64,000 bases of DNA from the IMG/VR virus record IMGVR_UViG_3300024350_000006; one strand, 5' to 3'. The position numbers were made by a program, and so were the translations under genes. The notes under the pieces are model-generated. The model saw only the letters and a list, made by a program, of their open reading frames with translations. It did no database searches and was not told the DNA's origin. This document shows, one piece after another, positions 20,455 through 30,522 of the stretch (positions are counted from its first letter, which is position 1; each line of letters begins with the position of its first letter). The stretch comes from a virus.

Positions 20455-20826
20455 ATGGCAGCACCAAATTTAATCGGCGCAGCAACTATAAATGGAAAAA
20501 CAACCGGTGCTAATCTTAGTACAACCGCAGCAACTTCAATATTGAGTAATGCTGCTAACTCAGGTAAGTGTTTAAAAATAAACACATTAAACGCAGCAAA
20601 CTTTACTGCTACAGCAGCTAACATATCTATCAATTTTAATACAGCAGCAGCACTAGCTGGTACTAATTTACCAATTGCTAACACACTTACAGTGCCAGCT
20701 TATAGTACTTTGTCCATCATTGATAAAAGTACCCAATATTACTTGGAGGAAAATCAAAGCATAGGGGCAACAGCAGGTACATCTAATGCTATCACAATAA
20801 CAATAAGCTATGAGGATATAAGCTAA
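20455..20826 (+). CDS. Putative virion structural protein
   Basis: MAAPNL...YLEENQSI...ISYEDIS. Confidence 0.65.
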   Translation: MAAPNLIGAATINGKTTGANLSTTAATSILSNAANSGKCLKINTLNAANFTATAANISINFNTAAALAGTNLPIANTLTVPAYSTLSIIDKSTQYYLEENQSIGATAGTSNAITITISYEDIS

Positions 20827-21773
20827 TGGGGAAAAGGTATCGCGGCGGATTGATGTCAGCAACAGTAGTTGCGCCTTCATCTACCTCGGCGCCATATAAA
20901 TGGAATCTAGCCGAGGCTGCTCAGCAAAAAACTTCTGGCGCTTGGCCTGGTGGTAGTATCACTGTAGAGTGGTTGATAGTGGCTGGTGGTGGCGGTGGCG
21001 GGGTTTTTATTGGCGGTGGCGGTGGCGCAGGTGGTATGCGAACTGGTACTGATACCTTGGTAACTGGTACAGCCTACACAGTCACAGTGGGTGCAGGGGC
21101 TGGGTCACAGGGCACAGGTAGTAACTCAGTGTTTGGTGCATATACTGCCAATGGTGGTGGTAACGGTGGTAGAGCAGATGCTGCACCAGGTGCTGGTGCG
21201 GGTGGTTCAGGCGGTGGTGGTGCAGGACCCAACAACACAGGTGGCGCGGCTGGTAATACACCTGCAACATCTCCTAGCCAGGGTGCCAGTGGTGGTAGTG
21301 GTGGTGGATCAGGTGGCGGCGGTCGAGCTGCTGGTGGTGGTGGAGGTGGTGGCGGAGCATCTGGAACCACAGGATCAAATTGGGTAAATGGCACAACTGG
21401 TGGTACTGGTGGCGCCGGCACATTATCTTCTATTACGGGCGTAAGTACAAGATACGCAGGTGGTGGTAGTGGTGGCGCTGACGGTGGTGGCGGTACTGTG
21501 ACTGGTGGTTCCGGTGGCGGCGGTGATGGTAAAGGCAGTGCGGCTGGTGGAAATGGAACTGCTAACCTAGGTGGCGGTGGTGGTGGTGCTGGCGCTCCAG
21601 CATCAAGTGGGGGAAGTGGGGGATCTGGTGTGGTAATCATAGCCTATCCTTCTTCAGGACCCAATCTATCCACGATCGGTGCTGGACTAACTTGGACACT
21701 GGACAACGGTGTTACTAGATCAGGCTACAAAGTTTATAGATTTACAGCAGGAACAGGCACAATTACTTGGTGA
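20826..21773 (+). CDS. Glycine-rich virion protein
   Basis: LIVAGGGGGG...GGSGGSGVVIIAYP...YKVYRFTAGTGTITW. Confidence 0.8.
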   Translation: MGKRYRGGLMSATVVAPSSTSAPYKWNLAEAAQQKTSGAWPGGSITVEWLIVAGGGGGGVFIGGGGGAGGMRTGTDTLVTGTAYTVTVGAGAGSQGTGSNSVFGAYTANGGGNGGRADAAPGAGAGGSGGGGAGPNNTGGAAGNTPATSPSQGASGGSGGGSGGGGRAAGGGGGGGGASGTTGSNWVNGTTGGTGGAGTLSSITGVSTRYAGGGSGGADGGGGTVTGGSGGGGDGKGSAAGGNGTANLGGGGGGAGAPASSGGSGGSGVVIIAYPSSGPNLSTIGAGLTWTLDNGVTRSGYKVYRFTAGTGTITW

Positions 21774-21779
21774 TAATCA

Positions 21780-22151
21780 ATGGCACATTACGCATTTCTA
21801 GATGAAAATTATGTTGTAACAGAAGTTATAACAGGAAAAGACGAAGATGAAGGTCTTTATGACTGGGAAAAGTTTTATGCAAGTGAACGTGGTCAGATGT
21901 GTAAACGTACCAGTTATAATACCTGGGGCGGGCAGCACAAAGAAGGAGGCACTCCTTTTCGTAAAAATTATGCAATTATAGGCGGTATCTATGACCCAGA
22001 TCGTGATGCATTTATACCTCCACGTGATTTTCCAAGCTGGATTTTAAATGAAACAACCTGCCTCTGGGAAGCACCAGTTCCTTATCCCAATGATGGCCAG
22101 ACTTATTTTTGGAACGAGCAAGATCAGATCTGGTCTATTAGGTTAGGTTAA
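21780..22151 (+). CDS. Conserved phage protein (tandem paralog 1)
   Basis: MAHYAFLD...RTSYN...FRKNYA...DAFIPP...WEAPVPYP. Confidence 0.75.
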   Translation: MAHYAFLDENYVVTEVITGKDEDEGLYDWEKFYASERGQMCKRTSYNTWGGQHKEGGTPFRKNYAIIGGIYDPDRDAFIPPRDFPSWILNETTCLWEAPVPYPNDGQTYFWNEQDQIWSIRLG

Positions 22152-22174
22152 CATATTAATAATAGGAAAATACA

Positions 22175-22540
22175 ATGGCACATTTTGCTAAAATTGGTAT
22201 TGACAACATTGTGCTAGAAGTGCTGGTTGTCAATAATATAGATACAATGACTCCGCAGGGAGAAGAACGAGAAGAAATTGGTGTAGAGTTTTTACGAAAA
22301 TTAACTGGACACGAATCCTGGAAGCAAACTTCTTATAATGGAAATTTTAGAAAAAACTATGCTGGAGTTGGTTACACTTATGACTCGGCCCGCAATGCAT
22401 TTATTCCACCAAAAAATTTCCCAAGCTGGGTGTTAAATGAAGATACGTGTCGTTGGGAAGCACCAGTACCTTATCCTAATGATGGATCGCCCTATTACTG
22501 GAACGAGCAAGATCAGATCTGGTCACCTAGACTGGATTAA
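22175..22540 (+). CDS. Conserved phage protein (tandem paralog 2)
   Basis: MAHFAKI...QTSYN..FRKNYA...AFIPP...WEAPVPYP. Confidence 0.75.
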   Translation: MAHFAKIGIDNIVLEVLVVNNIDTMTPQGEEREEIGVEFLRKLTGHESWKQTSYNGNFRKNYAGVGYTYDSARNAFIPPKNFPSWVLNEDTCRWEAPVPYPNDGSPYYWNEQDQIWSPRLD

Positions 22541-22556
22541 CCGTTTGTCTTGACAG

Positions 22557-22613
22557 AAACTGGCTGAATAGCATACTATATGCTTATTCTACCAGTTTTT
22601 TTACCTATAAATA
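22557..22613 (+). terminator. Hairpin with T-tract, followed by late promoter TATAAATA (22606-22613)
   Basis: AAACTGG...GAATA GCATA..TATGC TTATTC..CCAGTTTTTTT. Confidence 0.55.
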
Positions 22614-22619
22614 ATTTCT

Positions 22620-24392
22620 ATGATATTTGCTGTTTTTACTTTAATAACGGCTTTAACCATTTCAGCCGTGGCTGCCTACTATAGTATAGTAGGCCTTACT
22701 GCTATTTTCTCTGCGGCAGTAATACCTATCATCATTATGGGTGCCAGTCTAGAAGTTGGTAAGGTTGTGGCAGCGGTCTGGTTAAAGTTAAACTGGCAAC
22801 GTGCCAAATTGACCTATAAACTCTATCTGGTACCAGCTGTGGCTTTTTTGATGCTGTTAACCAGTATGGGTATTTTTGGTTTCCTAAGTAAAGCACACAG
22901 CGACCAAAGTTTAGTATCTGGTGATGCTATCAGCAAGGTCGCCATCTACGATGAAAAAATTAACACCGAAAAGGAAAATATCAATCAGGCCAAAAAAGCA
23001 CTGGAGCAGATGAACGCTCAAGTAGATCAGATGTTAAGTAGAACTGACAGTGAGCGTGGTACTGAACGTGCAGTTGCAGTAAGAAAACAACAGGCCAAGG
23101 AACGTGCAGAACTACAGACCAACATTAATCGTAGCCAGAAAGAAATACAACGATTACAAGCAGAAAGGGCTCCCCTGGCTGCTGAATCTCGAAAAGTCGA
23201 GGCTGAAGTTGGGCCCATCAAATACATTGCTGCTCTACTCTATGGGGATAATCCTGACCAGAATATTCTGGAACGAGCAGTGCGCTGGGTAATTATAATT
23301 ATTGTTCTAGTCTTTGATCCCTTGGCTCTAGTATTGATACTGGCAGCACAACAGAGCTTTAACTGGGCTAGAGAAGACAAGGCACGGCAGCAGGAAGAAG
23401 CTTTGAAAAAGTCCAATGAGGACGAAAAAACCGAACTGGGAGATAAATCGCAAGAGGAATCTCATACGGCGAAGGCAGGGGATGGAAACCTGACACCTCA
23501 AGAAGACACTGTTGCCAGTGAACAAGAATTTTTTGATCGTAGTAAACTAGTAGCTAGGGCTCTAGATCTAGAAGATGAACAACAAAGAGCAGAACAAGCT
23601 AATCAGGCCTTGAGTGAAATACCAGCCGAGGAAGTTCTAGTTGATCTAGCCCCAGAACCGTCATCCACTGCTTATCCGGCCGATGATGGTGTTCTTAGCG
23701 CAGCACAACTGGAACAGATCAAGCAGTCCGTGGATACAAATGAAGAAATGGCCAGTGATAAACTGGAACTTTCTAACTTAAACACTGTTTTGGAGAAACA
23801 ACAAGAACAGGAAAAAGAAGTTATTACGCCCAGTCTTACTCAGCAAGTAGAAATGGAATTCGAGCAGGATCAAGCCAAGGAGGAAGAAAAGTCTGTTGAA
23901 GTGGCACAAGTTATAGAGGACAAGCCACCACCTCCCCAGCCTGACACCAGTCCGGCAGAATCAGTTAAAATTAAAAAAATGGAAGGCGGTTACTGGGACG
24001 TAAACAGCAAGATAATGAGCACCGAGGTACTCAGTGTAACCAATCCTGAATTATATAAAAAGTATGTGCTTGAGGCAGACAATGTAGACGCTGAGGACAT
24101 AACTAGTGGTTTTGGTACTAGTTTTCCACATCAACCACGTCGTGGAGATATGTTTCTAAGAGTGGACTACCAACCAAACAAATTATTTAAATTTAATGGC
24201 GTTAAATGGATAGAAATAAATAAAGACAGTACCAACGTTTACGCCTATGACGAACAGTATCTAAATTTCCTAATTGAAAAATTACGTTCGGGGGAATATG
24301 ATCTAGATCAGCTTTCGGAAACAGAACGTGAACTTGTAGAAAATAAACTCAATAATATTGTACATCAAGAAAGTAAAAATGACAACACCTAA
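22620..24392 (+). CDS. Membrane-anchored coiled-coil protein
   Basis: 3 N-terminal TM segments, coiled coil, a further TM (VFDPLA), acidic linker. Confidence 0.7.
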   Translation: MIFAVFTLITALTISAVAAYYSIVGLTAIFSAAVIPIIIMGASLEVGKVVAAVWLKLNWQRAKLTYKLYLVPAVAFLMLLTSMGIFGFLSKAHSDQSLVSGDAISKVAIYDEKINTEKENINQAKKALEQMNAQVDQMLSRTDSERGTERAVAVRKQQAKERAELQTNINRSQKEIQRLQAERAPLAAESRKVEAEVGPIKYIAALLYGDNPDQNILERAVRWVIIIIVLVFDPLALVLILAAQQSFNWAREDKARQQEEALKKSNEDEKTELGDKSQEESHTAKAGDGNLTPQEDTVASEQEFFDRSKLVARALDLEDEQQRAEQANQALSEIPAEEVLVDLAPEPSSTAYPADDGVLSAAQLEQIKQSVDTNEEMASDKLELSNLNTVLEKQQEQEKEVITPSLTQQVEMEFEQDQAKEEEKSVEVAQVIEDKPPPPQPDTSPAESVKIKKMEGGYWDVNSKIMSTEVLSVTNPELYKKYVLEADNVDAEDITSGFGTSFPHQPRRGDMFLRVDYQPNKLFKFNGVKWIEINKDSTNVYAYDEQYLNFLIEKLRSGEYDLDQLSETERELVENKLNNIVHQESKNDNT

Positions 24393-25101
24393 AATATCTA
24401 TCTTATTACCCACACGCAAAAGAACGCAGGCACTAGTTCGTAGTCTTAATAGTCTACTTGCAAGTGCAGATGACACCAGTAGAATAGAAGTATTGATAGC
24501 ATATGATGAGGATGATGAAGAAAGTAAAAGTTTTTTTGCTAACATCTGGCCTGGCTATCTAGATCAATGCAAGGCAACCTCCAGAATTTTTGAAACCGAA
24601 AGATTTGGTTATACTAGGTTAAACCGATACGTAAACTTGTTAGCAGAAAATGCTAGCGGCGAGTGGTTATTTTTCTGGAACGACGATGCACTTATGGAAA
24701 CTGATGGCTGGGACACAGAGGTTATCAAACACACTGGATATCCTGGTCTACTAAGAATGCCCTGTAGTACAATGAATCATCCCTTTGCTTTATTTCCCGT
24801 GGTTAACCGTCGCTGGCTAGACCTCTTTGGAGAGTTAAGTCCAGTGAGTCACAGTGATTGGTGGATTTATAATGTCACAGCACCATTGGGCCTAGTTAAA
24901 AATATACCCGTAACTGTCTACCACGATCGTGCAGATGTTACTGGTAATAATGCAGATGAAACCTATGCCGAACGTAGTTATAGTGCCGACGGCCAAAACC
25001 CCACAGATCCCTACGATTATTCGCATCCAGAACGTAGACAGGATTTAGTAAAATGGATAGAAAAGTTGCGTGAGCACTGTAATGAATTAGTGGATGTCTA
25101 G
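24379..25101 (+). CDS. Glycosyltransferase family 2
   Basis: KISILLPTRKR, IAYDEDD, GEWLFFWNDDA; likely start ATG 24379. Confidence 0.8.
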   Translation: MTTPKISILLPTRKRTQALVRSLNSLLASADDTSRIEVLIAYDEDDEESKSFFANIWPGYLDQCKATSRIFETERFGYTRLNRYVNLLAENASGEWLFFWNDDALMETDGWDTEVIKHTGYPGLLRMPCSTMNHPFALFPVVNRRWLDLFGELSPVSHSDWWIYNVTAPLGLVKNIPVTVYHDRADVTGNNADETYAERSYSADGQNPTDPYDYSHPERRQDLVKWIEKLREHCNELVDV

Positions 25102-25336
25102 GAACTTTATGGAAAAAATGATATCAGGACTTAACGTATTTGTTAAAAACGACAACGTGGAACAGGCGCTTAGACGTCTTAAAAAGAAAGTTGCTAATTC
25201 TGGTAAGTTACAGGAAATTAAAGATCGAGAACAGTACGAAAAACCCACCACCCGCCGCAAGCGGAAAAAAGCAGCAGCTAAAAATCGTTGGCAGAAAAAA
25301 CTTGCCAGCGAGCGCCTACCACGTCAGCTCTATTAA
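25094..25336 (+). CDS. rpsU: Phage-encoded ribosomal protein bS21
   Basis: VFVKNDNVEQALRRLKKK...REQYEKPTTRRKRKKAAA; true start may be a later Met. Confidence 0.92.
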   Translation: MSRNFMEKMISGLNVFVKNDNVEQALRRLKKKVANSGKLQEIKDREQYEKPTTRRKRKKAAAKNRWQKKLASERLPRQLY

Positions 25337-25381
25337 GCAGTTCACCAAAAATATTGTATTTTCACCCTAGATAGTTTATAA

Positions 25382-25446
25382 TAAATACAGTTGTAGATGC
25401 CCGGTTGGGGTCTACAACAATCTTGCTTATTTTTAAGGAGAAAACA
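25382..25446 (+). promoter_or_regulatory. TAAATA promoter plus structured 5'UTR with ROSE-like SD-sequestering hairpin
   Basis: Hairpin TTGTAGA..TCTACAA, then TCTTGCTTA pairing with TAAGGAGA with a bulged G. Confidence 0.6.
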
Positions 25447-25890
25447 ATGAAGCAATATTCTATTCAAACTCTTGACCTTCCTAGTTTTGTACGCAACAGC
25501 GTGGGCTTTGATCGCCTATTTGAAGATCTTGGTCGCACCTTTGCCAACAGTCGTAGCGGAGAAAACTATCCTCCCTACAACATTAGTAAACTAGACGACA
25601 CCCATTGGGTGATCGAGGTTGCAGTGGCTGGTTTCGCCGAAGATGAGATTGACGTCGAACTTAAAGAGTCAACACTCACTATCCGCGGCACTCGTGAAAC
25701 CAATGACAAAGACATTGAGTACATTCACAAGGGTATCAGCTCACGCAGTTTTGAGCGCACCTACACTCTAGGTGCTCACGTAGAAGTTCGTGGTGCTACT
25801 GTAAAAAATGGTATTCTTAGCGTGGCTCTTGAACAGGTAATTCCTGAAGAAGAGCGTGCCAAGAAGATCCCCATTACTTTTACTAAGTAA
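25447..25890 (+). CDS. Small heat-shock protein Hsp20 (IbpA-like)
   Basis: GFDRLF, NYPPYNI, IEVAVAGF, YIHKGIS.R.F, NGILSV; AAGGAG RBS fixes the start at 25447. Confidence 0.95.
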   Translation: MKQYSIQTLDLPSFVRNSVGFDRLFEDLGRTFANSRSGENYPPYNISKLDDTHWVIEVAVAGFAEDEIDVELKESTLTIRGTRETNDKDIEYIHKGISSRSFERTYTLGAHVEVRGATVKNGILSVALEQVIPEEERAKKIPITFTK

Positions 25891-25943
25891 ACACGCACAG
25901 GGGCCTGTCCCCTGTGTGTCCATATACCTATCAAGATAACATT

Positions 25944-26249
25944 ATGTCAGATACAGAAACAGTAGTAAAGATCAAGACTCGCGAAGATATCAAGGAACCA
26001 CTTAGATATCACGTTATCTATCTTAATGATGAAGTAACCACACAGGAATTTGTAGTTGAAAGTCTTGTGGCAGTGTTTAATTATGATAGAATTACTGCTG
26101 AGGAACTTACAATGAAGATTCATCACGAAGGTAGTTCCATAGTGGCCACACTTCCTTATGAAATGGCCGAACAAAAAGGTGTGGAAGTAACTCTACTGGC
26201 TCGTAACAACGGCTATCCCCTTGTAGTTAAACTAGAACCCGAGGCCTAG
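25944..26249 (+). CDS. clpS: ATP-dependent Clp protease adaptor ClpS
   Basis: YHVIYLNDEVTTQEFVV, IHHEG, YEMAEQK, YPL. Confidence 0.9.
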   Translation: MSDTETVVKIKTREDIKEPLRYHVIYLNDEVTTQEFVVESLVAVFNYDRITAEELTMKIHHEGSSIVATLPYEMAEQKGVEVTLLARNNGYPLVVKLEPEA

Positions 26250-26786
26250 ATGACTCAGGCAGTTATGCTGGACATTGAAACTCTGGGTATACGTCCCGAG
26301 AGTGTGATACTCACACTTGGCGCGGTAAAGTTTGATCCCTACATTCCTGGAAAAATATATGATGGACTCTATCTACGTGTAGATGTAGACGAACAAATAG
26401 CACAGGGTAGATTGGTAGATCCCGAAACTGTAGACTGGTGGGGTAAACAAAGTGAACCAATTCGAGAAGAAGCTCTAGGAGATAAGGACCGAGTTAGTGT
26501 TACTGATTTAATGAAACAATTAAACAAATTTCTCGTAGCAGTTGATGAAATATGGTGTCAAGGTCCTAGTTTTGATATTGTTATTCTAGAAAATATCTAT
26601 AGGCAATATGAGACTCCACATAACTGGAAGTATTTTCAGATACGAGATAGTAGAACCTTATTTCAGGTACACGGAGATCCACGAGATAGAAATTCTGCAG
26701 GACTTCACAATGCGCTAGAAGATTGTATAAGTCAGGCACAGGGTGTACAAAAAATTTATAAAGATCTAGGCATACAAAAGAGATGA
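26250..26786 (+). CDS. DEDDh 3'-5' exonuclease (DexA/Rv2179c-like)
   Basis: MLDIETLG, GPSFDIVIL, RDSRTL, HNALEDC. Confidence 0.88.
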   Translation: MTQAVMLDIETLGIRPESVILTLGAVKFDPYIPGKIYDGLYLRVDVDEQIAQGRLVDPETVDWWGKQSEPIREEALGDKDRVSVTDLMKQLNKFLVAVDEIWCQGPSFDIVILENIYRQYETPHNWKYFQIRDSRTLFQVHGDPRDRNSAGLHNALEDCISQAQGVQKIYKDLGIQKR

Positions 26787-27274
26787 GAAAAATCAAGATT
26801 GTAAAATCCAAGGATGCGTTAGTATCAACTAGGAAATACTATCTTGCCTACGGTCTAAATACCAACTTACAAAGTATGCTAGCAAGATGTCCCGACGCCA
26901 AGTTATTGGGCAATGTTTTAATTAAAGGCTATAAATTAGTTTTTAAAACGCATTGCGATATCGTCGCAGAAAAAAATAGTGATCTAAATTGTGTACTCTG
27001 GAGCATTACTCAACAATGCGAAAAAAACCTTGATTTATTAGAAGGGTATCCAGAATACTATGTCAAAAAAAATCTGAACGTAAGTTTTCAGGGTAAAACA
27101 GTACAAGCGTTAATTTATTGTATGCGCGAAAAAAACAGTGAAATTTTGCCCAGTCAAAATTATCTTGATCTTGTGGTCGCGGGTTATCGTGAAAACAAAC
27201 TAGATCTTGATCAAATAAAGCGAGCCCTGCTTAGTGCCCACAAACAAGAAACAAATAATAGTTATAAAGTATAG
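26783..27274 (+). CDS. Gamma-glutamylcyclotransferase-like (AIG2) protein
   Basis: YLAYGLN, RCPDA, LDLLEGYPEYY, PSQNYL. Confidence 0.8.
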   Translation: MRKIKIVKSKDALVSTRKYYLAYGLNTNLQSMLARCPDAKLLGNVLIKGYKLVFKTHCDIVAEKNSDLNCVLWSITQQCEKNLDLLEGYPEYYVKKNLNVSFQGKTVQALIYCMREKNSEILPSQNYLDLVVAGYRENKLDLDQIKRALLSAHKQETNNSYKV

Positions 27275-27357
27275 TATTATGCCATATAATATATTTTAAT
27301 GATTCCTTACAAGGTTGTAAATATTGTTAATTACCAAGATAAGGTAATACTAACAAT

Positions 27358-28239
27358 ATGAGATTTACAAAAAAACTAAAAATTTATTTGGCCTTTGCGG
27401 GCCTATTTTTTTCAGCTGCACTTCCAGCACAAACCTACGATTCTAGTACTCTAGTAGATACTAATAGTACAAGTACCAGCACCAGCACGGTGAACAGCAC
27501 TAGTACCAGTACAGCTACAAACAATACAAACGTCAACAGTACTAGTACTAACACTAATACAAATATAAACAGTGGTGATCAGACTATAAGAAATGTCTAT
27601 AGTGGAACTCAGACTATAAACAACAACACAAATTATAGTGGAAGTCAGACATTAAACAATAATATGAATTATAGTGGTGAACAAACCATCAACAATGTGC
27701 AGAGTGGTGGCACTACTAATACTAATAACAACAGTAACAGTTATAGCGGTGATCAAACCATACGTAATGTACAGAGTGGTGGCACTACAAATAAGAATAT
27801 TAACGACGTTACACAGAAAGTTATACAACCTCCACCCACAGCCATTGCACCAGCAATGATGTCGGGAGGTAACAATGATTTGTGTACCACAGGAACTTCA
27901 GGTGCAGTGCAAACACAAATATTAGGTGTGAGTACTGGTGGAACAGTTCGTGATATGAACTGCGAACGTTTAAAATTAGCCAGTAGATTATACGATATGG
28001 GAATGAAGGTAGCCGCAGTTGCCACACTGTGTCAAGACCGTCGTGTGTTTGATGCTATGTGGAACGCTGGCACTCCTTGCCCCTATGAGGGCAAGATTGG
28101 AGATGCTGCACGTGAGCTATGGGAACAAAATCCTACCAAAATCCCAAGAGTAGAGGAACTCGCAAAAGATGATACAGTTAAGAAAATGGGCATCGGCGCT
28201 TTGCTTGGCGCTGTTATCTATAAGTTATTCGCCTTCTAA
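27358..28239 (+). CDS. Secreted/membrane protein with Asn/Thr repeats and a Cys-containing C-terminal domain
   Basis: Signal peptide; (N/Y)SGxQTI repeats; NCERLKLA, LCQD, AGTPCP; C-terminal hydrophobic tail. Confidence 0.7.
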   Translation: MRFTKKLKIYLAFAGLFFSAALPAQTYDSSTLVDTNSTSTSTSTVNSTSTSTATNNTNVNSTSTNTNTNINSGDQTIRNVYSGTQTINNNTNYSGSQTLNNNMNYSGEQTINNVQSGGTTNTNNNSNSYSGDQTIRNVQSGGTTNKNINDVTQKVIQPPPTAIAPAMMSGGNNDLCTTGTSGAVQTQILGVSTGGTVRDMNCERLKLASRLYDMGMKVAAVATLCQDRRVFDAMWNAGTPCPYEGKIGDAARELWEQNPTKIPRVEELAKDDTVKKMGIGALLGAVIYKLFAF

Positions 28240-29641
28240 CGCCCAGACTTCAGTAACTGACAATCTAGTAGGTAATACTGGAAACTCTTGGAGCGGCTGT
28301 TATTCTAATAGTGCAGGATCCTTCTGGGGAGGTATATTTGGCGGTCCTTGTCCAGGAGTTAGGGACGATGGCTATATGGTGTTTAGTTACGGACAATACA
28401 CTCTTAGTCAAAGCATAGCCATTAATCAAGCACTAGCTAACGCTGGGTCTGGATTACAGGTCAGCGGTTATAACTATTCCTGGAGTGTTAAAAATTCTAA
28501 TATAAACGGATGGCAGCCAGGTAGTTATGATCCAATTGCCTATATAGACGTTAACCTTTACAGTAACACAGGCTCTTTATTGGTAAATGATAGATACAAT
28601 TATGGTTATCATATTCCAAGTTGGACCACATTCTCTGGTACAAGAAATTATACAACACCATATGCTACCTCGGGTCTTGGCAATATTCAGTTGTCAGTAA
28701 CAGCTAAAGATTCAGGATTTTGGGCAGGATATTACGGTCCTGAATTTATGAATTTTAATCTTAGTTTAAATTATAGTTTAGATCCCTGTGTAAACAATCC
28801 TTTGTATAGTACAACTTGTACGGGCTACGCTGCTGCCTATCTAGCTAGTTTATCTAAAACAAGTACTACCAGTGTTTCTCCCACAGCTACATCAACTGGT
28901 ATTGTGCCTGATGCAACCAAAACAGATCCCACAGTTACCAATGTTGGGGGAGTAGAACTGAGCACCTCGGGAAAAGTAAGTGCGCCTGATAATATACCTC
29001 AGGTTGTCAAAGACAGTCAAGCGCCATCTCAGAATTCTGCCGTGAAGAAAGATAACTCAGCAGCGGTGGCAGCAGGGCTAAATGCCATTAAGAAAAATGC
29101 AGAAAGAGATCAGGCTATAGTAAATCAAACACTAAGCGCAGTAGAGGCTAACAATAATAGTGTACAATCGTCAGCGATAAACAATTCTTTAAGTACAGCA
29201 AGAGAAAGCAGTGAAAAAACTGGGGTAGGGACATTTAATGGTTTAAACGTAGCTATGAGAACTACAAATAATACTATTAATAGTGCAGTTAATGAAATAC
29301 AAAATAATAACCTTACTAACAGTCTTATTAATAACCTACTACAACCAAGTACAAGTTTAAGAATTGATCAAACACCCCAAGAGCAGAGAGCATCCACAGT
29401 TAATCGCAACGCTCCTAATAACGAATTAGCAGGTGGAGTTAGTTTAGACAGTATGGCACGTACACCACAGGGATTTGAGGCCTATATGGCAGGCCTAGTA
29501 GATCGTCCTTTTTATGCACCTAGAGAAATCTATCGAGGACAACGAACAGTAGACAACGCAAGAGCCGAGCGTTTTTTAAATGGTGCTAGTGATGCTCTGC
29601 ACCAACGTATGGTAGAACAACAATATAACTTAGGAAACTAA
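28169..29641 (+). CDS. Secreted hypothetical protein
   Basis: Signal-like N-terminus; GFWAGYYGPEF; DPCVNNPLYSTTC. Confidence 0.7.
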   Translation: MIQLRKWASALCLALLSISYSPSNAQTSVTDNLVGNTGNSWSGCYSNSAGSFWGGIFGGPCPGVRDDGYMVFSYGQYTLSQSIAINQALANAGSGLQVSGYNYSWSVKNSNINGWQPGSYDPIAYIDVNLYSNTGSLLVNDRYNYGYHIPSWTTFSGTRNYTTPYATSGLGNIQLSVTAKDSGFWAGYYGPEFMNFNLSLNYSLDPCVNNPLYSTTCTGYAAAYLASLSKTSTTSVSPTATSTGIVPDATKTDPTVTNVGGVELSTSGKVSAPDNIPQVVKDSQAPSQNSAVKKDNSAAVAAGLNAIKKNAERDQAIVNQTLSAVEANNNSVQSSAINNSLSTARESSEKTGVGTFNGLNVAMRTTNNTINSAVNEIQNNNLTNSLINNLLQPSTSLRIDQTPQEQRASTVNRNAPNNELAGGVSLDSMARTPQGFEAYMAGLVDRPFYAPREIYRGQRTVDNARAERFLNGASDALHQRMVEQQYNLGN

Positions 29642-29642
29642 A

Positions 29643-30515
29643 ATGGCAGAAGAAAATGAAAATAAAAATGAAGAAGAACTAGAAGACGATGAGTCTCAAG
29701 AAGATGAATCTGAAGAGCAAGAGGAAGAAGAAGAGTCAGATGATGACTCTAATCTTGATGAATTAGTTGCAGGTGCTGCCGCCGCTGGTCTTGCTGGTGC
29801 AGCAGCTAGTAGAGGCTCTGCTAAGTCCAAGAGTAAAAAGTCTGCTAAAGGTAAACCTGTCGTAAAAGGCAAAGCCAAACCAGCAAAGCCTGTGATGCCC
29901 GAAGGTACAGTAGACATCAATGCTAAAGTAGAAGATCTACAAAAGCTTACAGACAAAAATACTGTATGGACTGTAGCTGGTTATAGTTTCACTCCAGCAA
30001 AGTTGATGATACTGGGTACTATTTTAAGTACAGCTCTTGGTGGTCTTTATGGCGCATTTGAAGTCTATAAAGACTATATGGATATGAAAGAGAAGATCGC
30101 AAAGTATGTGGCTCCTGACTTATCTGAAATCTATAAGAAAATGGAAGTGTTAGAGGCTACTACAAATAAGAGTGTAGAATATACACAGGACATCAAAAAC
30201 GATCTTAAGAACGATATACGTCGTTTGGAAAGTGTTGTAGAGAGTGTAGAGCGTGACAGTAAAATAGCGCAGAGAGAAACTGATAAATCAGTTCAGGACG
30301 CACGTAGAGATGTACGTGAAACTAAGCAAGAAGTAGATCGTATTACTAGACAGTTAGAAAAGGACACTACACAGCAGAATAAGGAATTACAGCGACAAGT
30401 TGACGGGGCAGTAAGACAACTACAAAAGGAAAATGAACAAGAAATCAAGCAATTACGCCGGGAACTTGATGATAAAATCAAAAAAGCATTAGATAATCCT
30501 TTATCAGGAAAATAA
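29643..30515 (+). CDS. Membrane coiled-coil protein with acidic N-terminus
   Basis: E/D tract, one TM, long coiled coil ending ALDNPL. Confidence 0.7.
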   Translation: MAEENENKNEEELEDDESQEDESEEQEEEEESDDDSNLDELVAGAAAAGLAGAAASRGSAKSKSKKSAKGKPVVKGKAKPAKPVMPEGTVDINAKVEDLQKLTDKNTVWTVAGYSFTPAKLMILGTILSTALGGLYGAFEVYKDYMDMKEKIAKYVAPDLSEIYKKMEVLEATTNKSVEYTQDIKNDLKNDIRRLESVVESVERDSKIAQRETDKSVQDARRDVRETKQEVDRITRQLEKDTTQQNKELQRQVDGAVRQLQKENEQEIKQLRRELDDKIKKALDNPLSGK

Positions 30516-30522
30516 ATACCAT

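Noticed and set aside
21074-21640. Proline-rich 188-aa minus-strand ORF
   Set aside because: Antisense shadow of GGT-rich glycine codons.
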